A stretch of 41,204 bases of DNA, taken from positions 1 to 41,204 of the IMG/VR virus record IMGVR_UViG_3300020045_003209, one strand, 5' to 3'. Position numbers and translations under genes: made by a program. This document shows, piece by piece, positions 17,561 through 25,820 of this stretch (position 1 is the first letter of the stretch; every line of letters begins with the position of its first letter). Source of the DNA: a virus. Its lineage: Duplodnaviria; Caudoviricetes. The notes below the pieces were generated by a model. That model saw only the letters and a list, made by a program, of their open reading frames with translations. It was not told the DNA's origin and did no database searches.

Positions 17561-17563
17561 TTT

Positions 17564-18622
17564 ATGATTTTTAATACCGCAGTTACAACAACAACTCGTG
17601 AATTTATCTTAAAGAAAGTTTATGACCAAGTTACCACAGGTACACCAGGTCTTATGACATTCTTACAGAAACCAAAGGAGTGGACATCAGGTACTTCTTA
17701 TAAATTTGCAATTAAATACCAAGATACTACAAATGGTGGGAATATGGGTATTGCAGATAAACTTGATACAGATAGACAGAATGTTCGTGTTCAAGCAGAA
17801 TTTTACTTGAAAGCAGCTAATAAACCTGTCGTAGTCGCAATCGCTGAAACAACAGTAAACATGGGAGATGAACAGATTGTTAATCTTCTTGATACAGAAT
17901 TTGATTCTCAGGCACAGTCTTTGATGACTTTAATGGCTCAAAATCTTTACACTGGTAATGGAGTAGGTAATGAATGGGATTCTCTAAATAACGCAGCAAG
18001 TGATTCAACTCTCTTCTCAAGTTATGGAGCATTATCTCGTTCAACATATTCAGTATGGAGTGGTTATTACCTAGCTTCAGCAGGTGCATTGACTCTTGCT
18101 AAACTAGCTACATCACACGATGGAACAACAGTTGGAGTAGATAGTCCTGATTTATCTTTTACAACAAAAGCAATCTGGTCTACCTATGAAAGTCTTTTGA
18201 CACCATCAGTTCGTGCTAACTTCTCAACTTCAGGTTATCCAAAAATGAATGCTTGGGGTGGAGTTCCAACAGGTCCAACATTAGGAGGTTCACAAGGATT
18301 CGTTTATCTAACATTCCGTGGAACACCTATTGCAAAGGATGAGCAAGTTCCATCAGGTAAAATGTTCTTGGTAAATAGTAAAGCTTTCGGATTCGTAGGA
18401 TTCAACTATGATGACCCAAACATGATGACTGCTAACTTTAAGCAAACATCTGATGCAGTTCCAAGTGGAGTACCAGGAAATGTTAAATCAACTCGTGGTT
18501 TCCAGTTTAGAAAAATGATGAGTCCAGTAGACCAACTTACAAATGTCGGATATTTGATTTATGCTGGTGACTTTGTCGCTACAGCTTGTAGATTGAACGG
18601 ACAGATGGCAGGATTGTCATAA
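17564..18622 (+). CDS. Major capsid protein (HK97 fold)
   Basis: 352 aa; LYTGNG..SL; GFVYLTFRGTPIAKDEQVPSGKMFLVN. Confidence 0.88.
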   Translation: MIFNTAVTTTTREFILKKVYDQVTTGTPGLMTFLQKPKEWTSGTSYKFAIKYQDTTNGGNMGIADKLDTDRQNVRVQAEFYLKAANKPVVVAIAETTVNMGDEQIVNLLDTEFDSQAQSLMTLMAQNLYTGNGVGNEWDSLNNAASDSTLFSSYGALSRSTYSVWSGYYLASAGALTLAKLATSHDGTTVGVDSPDLSFTTKAIWSTYESLLTPSVRANFSTSGYPKMNAWGGVPTGPTLGGSQGFVYLTFRGTPIAKDEQVPSGKMFLVNSKAFGFVGFNYDDPNMMTANFKQTSDAVPSGVPGNVKSTRGFQFRKMMSPVDQLTNVGYLIYAGDFVATACRLNGQMAGLS

Positions 18623-18646
18623 TTATTAGTTTAATTCTTACAAAAC

Positions 18647-18760
18647 ATGGAAAACGAAGAAAATGTAGAAGTAGTTGAAGAAACTACACCAGAAGTAGAG
18701 ACTGTTGAAACTCTTGAAACTGTTGAAGAAACAGTCGCAACTCCCGAAGAGATTGCGTAA
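18647..18760 (+). CDS. Small acidic peptide (37 aa)
   Basis: MENEENVEVVEETTPEVETVETLETVEETVATPEEIA. Confidence 0.55.
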   Translation: MENEENVEVVEETTPEVETVETLETVEETVATPEEIA

Positions 18761-18827
18761 ATTATTAGAAATATATTTCGGCTTCAACCAAATTAAGTTT
18801 TGAGAGGCAGGAATACAAAGGAAATAT

Positions 18828-20105
18828 ATGTTATATATTGAAAATTATGTACCAGTAGTCAAATTTAATGGGTTAAATACCATTATGGATATTGATTTCT
18901 CTGGTGCATCAAACTGTGCATTACCAGCATCAACAACTATTGGAGGAAGTGCTGTTGTGGCTTTAGGAGATATTACATCTTCATCTACAACATTATCAGC
19001 TTTTACAGTTACAAACTCTGGTATATTTACAGGGACAAATGTAATAAACTTTACAGCAGATAGTCTTACAACTGGAACATTATTTAATCTTTCTACAGCA
19101 GGAATTACAAGCGGACACGCTTTAGTAATAACTGCAGCAGGAACGATGGTAACAACTGGCGATGCTTTATCTGTAATTGCTAATTCTGCTACAACCTCAA
19201 CAGGGGTAGTTAGAGTTTCAGCAACGAGTTTGACAGATGGTTTTGCATTGCAAATTACTGGAGGTGGGGCTAATGCGACTGCGTCAGGTGGAGTAGTAGA
19301 TATTGTAACTGGAGCAGCAACAGCAGGAACAGCATTAAGAATCACTAATACAAGTGGTGCTTATGCTGGAACAACTGGATTATTAGCTATAACGGCTAAT
19401 ACAGCGGCAACTGGAAAATTAGCGGTATTTACTGCTAATGGCTTGACAAGTGGAACTGGATTACTTATTACTTCGTCAGGAACAATGACTGGTAATGGTA
19501 ATCTTCTTACTTTGACAGCTAACAGTGCTACAACAGCAGCAGGTATTCTAAGAATAAATGCTACAGGATTAAGTACAGGAAATGCAGCAGTTATCACGAC
19601 TTCTAGTAATTCCACAAATGCTTCAACAAGTGTTGAACCAGTAGTATTCAGTCATACAATGACTGGTATTGGTGGAGTAGGTGGACGAGTCAAAGCTTAT
19701 ATGACGACAAATGTCGCATTAGGTGGATGGTCAAATGCTTTTAAAGGTGAGGTAGTTTATGGTGCATCAGGTTATACTACAGGATTAGGTTCTTCTATTC
19801 TTGCGGAAATGACTTTGGCAGCAGGTACAACGCAAGGAACTTATGCTCCTGTAGAAATTGAACTTAATCTAGGTTCAAATGCTCCAGTAGGGTCAGCAAC
19901 TTCGTTTATCTATGCGAGTGCAAATGGAACAGCAACAGCTTTTCTAGCAGGTGGTTATCTTATGAACTTACAAGGGTTAGGAGCGGCAACTTCTGCAACT
20001 AATCTTTTCCATACTACTGGAACAGTATCAGCAACGCATGGATTGAGAATAAATATCGGTGGAGTCGCTTATGACATCCTATTGAAGGCATCAACTTACG
20101 CTTAG
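18828..20105 (+). CDS. Beta-helical virion fibre/spike protein
   Basis: Thr/Ala/Gly-rich ~14-aa repeats; C-terminal LRINIGGVAYDILL. Confidence 0.65.
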   Translation: MLYIENYVPVVKFNGLNTIMDIDFSGASNCALPASTTIGGSAVVALGDITSSSTTLSAFTVTNSGIFTGTNVINFTADSLTTGTLFNLSTAGITSGHALVITAAGTMVTTGDALSVIANSATTSTGVVRVSATSLTDGFALQITGGGANATASGGVVDIVTGAATAGTALRITNTSGAYAGTTGLLAITANTAATGKLAVFTANGLTSGTGLLITSSGTMTGNGNLLTLTANSATTAAGILRINATGLSTGNAAVITTSSNSTNASTSVEPVVFSHTMTGIGGVGGRVKAYMTTNVALGGWSNAFKGEVVYGASGYTTGLGSSILAEMTLAAGTTQGTYAPVEIELNLGSNAPVGSATSFIYASANGTATAFLAGGYLMNLQGLGAATSATNLFHTTGTVSATHGLRINIGGVAYDILLKASTYA

Positions 20106-20180
20106 TTTTATGGTTACTCTACCTAAAGGAGATTAAAATTAAAACTCGTGTTACGAGAAAGAGGCAACGATTAAGAATCA

Positions 20181-20894
20181 ATGCCTGAAAAAATTATGAA
20201 CACAATTTCGTTTCAGTCTGTATATCAGACTATAACAAGTAGGGGAGAGTTTAAACTTGGTCAAATGGCTAGTACTCCAGATGGAAGAAAGTGGCAGTTT
20301 ATTAAAGCTACCACAGCTATTGCAACTGGATTAGTAGCAGTACCAACCACAGTAACTTCAGCAGACTTATGGTCATCTGCTTCAGATAATCAAGGTCGCA
20401 AAGTTTACTTAACTCGTGCCGCTTCTTCAATGACAATCGGTGCATTTGAAGATGGCATTGGGGTAGTAGACGATGGTACTGGAATTGGTCAAACATTCAA
20501 GATTAAGACAAATAATGCAACAACATTAACTCTTTATCCTGAAAGTGCATTAAGTACTTCACTAGCTGTAGCAGATTCAGATTTGACATTTATAAATATG
20601 TCACAATGTGACCCAGCTGCTATTACTTCTAAAGTACAGATGGCTCAAGGAGCAGCACAGGTTTCATTTTCAGCATCTGACTACGGTTGGATACTTGTAA
20701 ATGGAGATGGTCGTTGTATTCCTGGTAATACCCTTGTCGTAGGTGCTGGATTCTCAACAGGAGATGACACAGTTGGACAAGTTATTGTAGCAGTTACAGC
20801 AACTGGTGCTTATGACTTCCAAAATCTTGGATATGACATTGTAGCAAATGCTTCTGCTGATACAGGTGCATTAGTACGATTTAACATCCGTTAG
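20181..20894 (+). CDS. Putative capsid decoration/cement protein
   Basis: LGQMASTPDGRKWQFIKA..DYGWILVNG pattern; start could be 20196. Confidence 0.6.
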   Translation: MPEKIMNTISFQSVYQTITSRGEFKLGQMASTPDGRKWQFIKATTAIATGLVAVPTTVTSADLWSSASDNQGRKVYLTRAASSMTIGAFEDGIGVVDDGTGIGQTFKIKTNNATTLTLYPESALSTSLAVADSDLTFINMSQCDPAAITSKVQMAQGAAQVSFSASDYGWILVNGDGRCIPGNTLVVGAGFSTGDDTVGQVIVAVTATGAYDFQNLGYDIVANASADTGALVRFNIR

Positions 20895-21010
20895 TATTTT
20901 GTTTCTTTCCATCAGAAATGGTGGAAAGTCTACAGAACACCAGCGATGGATAAGTTCTGTCATTAGGAAAGACAAAGCCTAGTGATTATAATTAGTGAGA
21001 TTAAAAAATT

Positions 21011-21586
21011 ATGCAACCAAAAGCAGAAGTTTCAAATCCAAAAGACTTTCAAGTTGTTTCTTTTCACAACAAGGAATCATTTGGTTTCACTCCAGAAATG
21101 GGGTGTATGTATGATGGTCGTCCTATAAATGGTGTTCATGGTTCTCCTGGTATTGATGCTGGGGAAGTCATAACATTGCCATATCATATAGGACATTTAT
21201 TAGCCAAAAACTTAGCAAAAAGAGTATTTAATATATCTCCAGCGGCTACGGTTGACCCAGCAGGAATACCAACAGGTGTACCTATTTGGAATGAGTCTAA
21301 ATTACAAGATTTAGCAGATACTTATATCACTGAGCTTTATAGTGAAGCAAAACCAATAGCAGTATCAGAAACAGACAAACTAATGGCTAAGGTTGAAGAA
21401 TATAAGACAATGGTTGATAAACTTCTTAATAATACTCCAACAGCAGTACCAAATGGAGTCGCTGACCCAGCAGTAAATAAAGTTATCTTTGCTGATAAAC
21501 AAGAAGTATTAGCAGAACTTGAAAAAAGAGGAATTAAACACGATAAACGCCAAAATAAGGAAACATTAGAGAAATTACTCGCTTAA
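21011..21586 (+). CDS. Hypothetical protein with C-terminal HeH/LEM-like motif
   Basis: KQEVLAELEKRGIKHDKRQNKETLEKLL. Confidence 0.65.
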   Translation: MQPKAEVSNPKDFQVVSFHNKESFGFTPEMGCMYDGRPINGVHGSPGIDAGEVITLPYHIGHLLAKNLAKRVFNISPAATVDPAGIPTGVPIWNESKLQDLADTYITELYSEAKPIAVSETDKLMAKVEEYKTMVDKLLNNTPTAVPNGVADPAVNKVIFADKQEVLAELEKRGIKHDKRQNKETLEKLLA

Positions 21587-21595
21587 TTATAGCGA

Positions 21596-21642
21596 AAACT
21601 ATGGTTAAGACTGTAAATCAGGTGCAATTCCTGACATAGTTT
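21596..21642 (+). ncRNA. Minimal tRNA-like element (acceptor stem + T-arm)
   Basis: AAACTATG/CATAGTTT stem; TCAGG-TGCAATT-CCTGA T-arm; GACTGTAAATC tRNA-Tyr-like anticodon-loop sequence. Confidence 0.6.
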
Positions 21643-22179
21643 ATGGAAACAGAATTAGAACCACAAAAAATGCAGATGTTAAAGGAAATGGCAGATACAA
21701 ATGTTAGGATTTCTGATGCAAAAAATCTGTTATTTAAACTTCAAGAAGATGAAACTGTATATTTAGAGGCAAGAGAAAAAAAAGCGATGGTTAAAATTAA
21801 TAAAGTTTTTGAAGATAGTAAAGATTTATTAGATAAAACATATAAAAACTATGAAGAAATACACCAATTTTGTCAAAAAGTTAATGAATATGCTGATTTT
21901 CTTAGTGAAACACATACTAAGTTTCAGAAAATACTTGAAGTGTTTGAGAAAAAGAATGAATTATGGGAGAAAAATGTTAAAAATACTAATGAAGAAATCG
22001 CAAAACAACGAAAAATCATTGAACAAGACTCAAAAGCAATTAAAATACGAGAAGAAAGAATTGATGAGGAAAATGAAAAAATTAAAAAAGAAAGAGAACA
22101 TCTCGAAAGTCAACAGGTCGCATTATCAGTAGCATTTAAAGTAGAAAAGGATTTATGGAACAAAATGAACAAAATATAA
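21643..22179 (+). CDS. Coiled-coil protein
   Basis: 178 aa, K/E-rich heptads. Confidence 0.75.
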   Translation: METELEPQKMQMLKEMADTNVRISDAKNLLFKLQEDETVYLEAREKKAMVKINKVFEDSKDLLDKTYKNYEEIHQFCQKVNEYADFLSETHTKFQKILEVFEKKNELWEKNVKNTNEEIAKQRKIIEQDSKAIKIREERIDEENEKIKKEREHLESQQVALSVAFKVEKDLWNKMNKI

Positions 22180-22682
22180 AAATGGAAAGTGACACTCTTA
22201 ATTTAAAAAGAGAGTATAAATATGCAGTTGAAAATCTAAACAGAATAAAAACTGATACTTCTGAAGCAATTGCTACTAAAGAACGAGTTACTAAAGAAAT
22301 AAATGAAAGAAATGAGGATTTAGTAAAAATTATTGCTGAAATATCTGATGCTAAATTAAACTGGGCATTAGAAAGACAAAAACAATTAGATGAAATTGAT
22401 GAAAAAAATGCACAAGCTGATAATGTGTTGAAAAGAAAAGGTGAATTAAATGAACAAGAAGAAAGTATTAGAAAAATTGAAACAAAAAATACAGAAGTAT
22501 TAAATGAAACACGCAGATTAGAATTGAAAGTTAAACAAGACCAAGCAATTTTTGAGACTACTAAAAAAGAAGTAGAAAAAGATAGAATAAAAATTGATAA
22601 AGAAAAGATAAAATTATCAAAAGATAAGGAAGATTTTAAGAAAAAAGTCGAAGAAGTTCTTAAAAGTGTAAACGAATTATAA
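22155..22682 (+). CDS. Coiled-coil protein
   Basis: 175 aa, K/E-rich heptads; start may be 22182. Confidence 0.75.
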   Translation: MEQNEQNIKMESDTLNLKREYKYAVENLNRIKTDTSEAIATKERVTKEINERNEDLVKIIAEISDAKLNWALERQKQLDEIDEKNAQADNVLKRKGELNEQEESIRKIETKNTEVLNETRRLELKVKQDQAIFETTKKEVEKDRIKIDKEKIKLSKDKEDFKKKVEEVLKSVNEL

Positions 22683-22683
22683 T

Positions 22684-22971
22684 ATGGAAAATTACTTTAA
22701 AAATATAAAATCCCCCACCCTCGCAATAACTTATGATGCAACAATAAGTTCTTCTACTTCTATTACTTTAAATACCAAAACAGTTTATTTAGAAGTTTCA
22801 GCTATTGATAAAGGGATTTTTATGAAATATGGAGCAACAGCAAGTAGTACAACATTTGATGAGTTTATTCCAGCAAATACAAGTAAGATTTTTATAGTAC
22901 CAACAGGAACATTAACAGTTGAGTTTATTGAGGAGGTCGCAACAGCTAAACTTGTAGTAATAGAAAAATGA
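22684..22971 (+). CDS. Small beta-rich virion protein
   Basis: 95 aa, GATASSTTFDEFIPA. Confidence 0.65.
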   Translation: MENYFKNIKSPTLAITYDATISSSTSITLNTKTVYLEVSAIDKGIFMKYGATASSTTFDEFIPANTSKIFIVPTGTLTVEFIEEVATAKLVVIEK

Positions 22972-23255
22972 GTGATGAAATTATAAAAAGAGATTCTAAT
23001 TTTAGAACTATAGGGGCAGGAATAGCAAATGATTCATCTCAAGATGTTTTAATGCTCCGTGTTGACCCAGTAACTAATTATCTTTTAGTTAATATCACTA
23101 ATGTTGGAGCAACAGCAGGAACAGCAAATCAGATAGCTAAAAGAGATGAAAATCATAAAACTGTTTGTATGGGATGGGACGATACAAATCAATGTTTACA
23201 AGAAATTTTAACAGATAACGAAGGTCGTCTCCTTTGTGATTTAATTTTTACATAA
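22968..23255 (+). CDS. Small protein made of two KRDxN..D....LL modules
   Basis: KRDSNF..MLRVDPVTNYLL and KRDENH..ILTDNEGRLL. Confidence 0.75.
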   Translation: MSDEIIKRDSNFRTIGAGIANDSSQDVLMLRVDPVTNYLLVNITNVGATAGTANQIAKRDENHKTVCMGWDDTNQCLQEILTDNEGRLLCDLIFT

Positions 23256-23259
23256 AAAT

Positions 23260-23802
23260 ATGAAAAGAGATACAAAAAATTGGACTATGGAAACAAAAAA
23301 TTGTTTATTTTGTAGTAATTTATTTACTATTCCAGTTTGGCGTAAAGCAAAAACTTGTTCTTATAAATGTTCTAATAATTTACCAAAATCAAGAATGAAG
23401 GGTAAAAAACAAACAGAATATACTAAAATTAAAATAAGTGATTCACATAAGGGTATAATTCCAATTAACATATTAAGGGGAGATTTTACTGGAGCAAATC
23501 ATCCAAGTTGGATTAAGGATAGAACAAAAATAAAAAAACAGGATGAAAGAAATAATCCAAATGATAAACAATGGAAGTATGCAGTTTATAAAAGAGATAA
23601 TTTTAAATGTAAAATTGCAGATAAAAATTGTAAAGGTAGGATAGAAGCTCATCATATTTTGAGTTGGCGAGATTATCCAGAATTAAGATTTAATATTAAT
23701 AATGGCATTACTTTATGCCTTGCTCATCATCCTAGGAAGAGAGCAGAAGAGAAACGACTAAGTCCATATTTTATGGAATTAGTGTCAGTATCAAAAATAT
23801 AA
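23260..23802 (+). CDS. Zn-finger/NUMOD3 + HNH homing endonuclease
   Basis: CLFC..CSYKC; KIKISDSHKG; EAHHILSW..NNGITLCLAHH. Confidence 0.9.
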   Translation: MKRDTKNWTMETKNCLFCSNLFTIPVWRKAKTCSYKCSNNLPKSRMKGKKQTEYTKIKISDSHKGIIPINILRGDFTGANHPSWIKDRTKIKKQDERNNPNDKQWKYAVYKRDNFKCKIADKNCKGRIEAHHILSWRDYPELRFNINNGITLCLAHHPRKRAEEKRLSPYFMELVSVSKI

Positions 23803-23803
23803 A

Positions 23804-25081
23804 TTGGCTGACGAAACATTAAAACGAGACCAAAATCATATAGTAGTGTTAGGGGGGGTTACAGATGATAGTAATAACTTTATTACTATGCTCCGTGTTG
23901 ACCCAATTACTAAACGATTATTAATTTCAGCAAGTGGGTCAGGATTAGGAACCGTAACCAGCGTGTCCGTAGTAACAGCTAACGGTATTTCAGGTACGGT
24001 TGCGACTGAAACTACCACTCCAGCAATAACTCTTTCCCTAGGGGCAATTACGCCTACTGGTGTGCAAGTATCAGGGCTTACTGCCAGTGAAATAGTATTG
24101 ACTGACGCTAGTAAAAATCTAGTTTCGGCTGGGGTAGCGACATATCCATCACTTACCGAACTATCGTATGTTAAAGGATTAAGTAGTGCAGTACAAACTC
24201 AATTAGGTAATAAAGCACCAACAACAGCCCCAACTTTCGCTACATCAATAACTGGTTCATACCTAACTGCAAGTGAAATCTTAATTACAGATGGAAGTAA
24301 AAATATAGTATCAGCACCAGTCGCTACATACCCTAGTCTAACAGAATTAAGTTATGTTAAGGGACTTACTTCGGCTGTACAAACTCAAATAGGAAATCTA
24401 GTACCTAAATCTTTATATGACGCAAATACTATTCTTTATGCAACAACAGATAATACACCTGTTGCTTTAACAGTAGCAACAAATAATTTAATAGGAAGAA
24501 TTAATGGAGATATAGTCAATGTGCCAATTGATTCAGATTTAAGTTCTGTAAGTGCAGGAGATGATACTGTGCCAAGTGCTAAAGCAACAAAAGCAATGGG
24601 AGATTTAAAACTCCCTCTCGCAGGTGGTACTATGACAGGTAATATAGTATTAGGAGATGCTAAACAAATAGTTTTAACTGCTCCGAGTGCAGATGTTACT
24701 TGTACAGGTTTTTCAACAAGTGCATTTAATTCAGGTTATACAAGTTCAGCAGTAGGAGATTTAGTTTATTTAGATGCAAGTGCAACTTGGCAAAAAACAG
24801 ATGCAGATAGTACAACAACAGCTTATGGTTTAATTGGAATAGCTTTAGCAGTAGCAAGTTCAGGTAATCCTTTATTAGTAGCACTTCCTGGTTCTTTTGT
24901 CAGAGTAAACGCTTGGAACTGGACAGTAGGAAATACTCTTTATTTAGGAGAAACTCCAGGAGAAATGCAAAATACAATTCCAACAGGAGCAGATAATGTT
25001 ATTAGAGTAGTTGGTTTTGCGGTGAACGCTGACTACATTTATTTTTATCCATCACAAGATGTGCAAACAACAGTAGCATAA
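23804..25081 (+). CDS. Fibre protein with N-terminal KRDxN module (TTG start)
   Basis: GTVTSVSV, two ~45-aa TASEI..TELSYVKGL.SAVQTQ repeats, LPLAGGTMTG, C-terminal GDLVYL..GIAL domain. Confidence 0.75.
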   Translation: MADETLKRDQNHIVVLGGVTDDSNNFITMLRVDPITKRLLISASGSGLGTVTSVSVVTANGISGTVATETTTPAITLSLGAITPTGVQVSGLTASEIVLTDASKNLVSAGVATYPSLTELSYVKGLSSAVQTQLGNKAPTTAPTFATSITGSYLTASEILITDGSKNIVSAPVATYPSLTELSYVKGLTSAVQTQIGNLVPKSLYDANTILYATTDNTPVALTVATNNLIGRINGDIVNVPIDSDLSSVSAGDDTVPSAKATKAMGDLKLPLAGGTMTGNIVLGDAKQIVLTAPSADVTCTGFSTSAFNSGYTSSAVGDLVYLDASATWQKTDADSTTTAYGLIGIALAVASSGNPLLVALPGSFVRVNAWNWTVGNTLYLGETPGEMQNTIPTGADNVIRVVGFAVNADYIYFYPSQDVQTTVA

Positions 25082-25085
25082 TTAT

Positions 25086-25820
25086 ATGGCAATATCATTT
25101 GTAAATTCAAATAATTCAAATACCGCTAGTGCTAATTCTCTAGTATTAACAAAACCAACAAATACAGCAGATGGTGATATTATGTTTGCTTCTATTGTTA
25201 ATACTAATTATTATTCTAATTCACTTCCTACTGGTTGGACATTATTAGCAGAAGCGACTGTATCAACTATAAAATATCAATTATTTTATAAAGTAGCTTT
25301 ATCTGAGGGTGCTTCTTATACTTTTGGATATCAAGCTAATTCTAGAATGGGCGGTGTTATTGTTTCTTATAGAGGTGGTTTTAATACATCTAACCCAATA
25401 GATTCTTATTCAAATACATCATATGTTGTTAGTAATACAACTTGTAGGGCTGCTAGTATTAATGTTACAGCATCAGCATCAGCATTATTATTTTTTGGAA
25501 ATTGTTTTAATACAAATTCAACAACATTTGTAAAACCAACAACACAAGAAAATACTTGGATTGAAAATTTTGATAATGGTGGTAGTTATCTTTGGCATGA
25601 AGTATGTAGTATGACATTAACTAATAACGGTGCAACTAATGTAATAGATGCAACAATGAGTGAATCATTAACTGATAAACATGCCTTTGCTGTTTCATTA
25701 AATCCTGCTCCATTAGGTCCAGCCAATCTAAAAACATATAATACAAATGTTAGGGCAAACATAAAAAGTATCAACACAAATCTTATCGCTAATGTGAAAA
25801 GTTTAGATACAAATATATGA
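25086..25820 (+). CDS. Putative fibre-associated protein
   Basis: PTNTADGDIM..PTGWTLL domain; C-terminal triple N(I/L/V)K(S/T)xNTN repeat. Confidence 0.65.
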   Translation: MAISFVNSNNSNTASANSLVLTKPTNTADGDIMFASIVNTNYYSNSLPTGWTLLAEATVSTIKYQLFYKVALSEGASYTFGYQANSRMGGVIVSYRGGFNTSNPIDSYSNTSYVVSNTTCRAASINVTASASALLFFGNCFNTNSTTFVKPTTQENTWIENFDNGGSYLWHEVCSMTLTNNGATNVIDATMSESLTDKHAFAVSLNPAPLGPANLKTYNTNVRANIKSINTNLIANVKSLDTNI

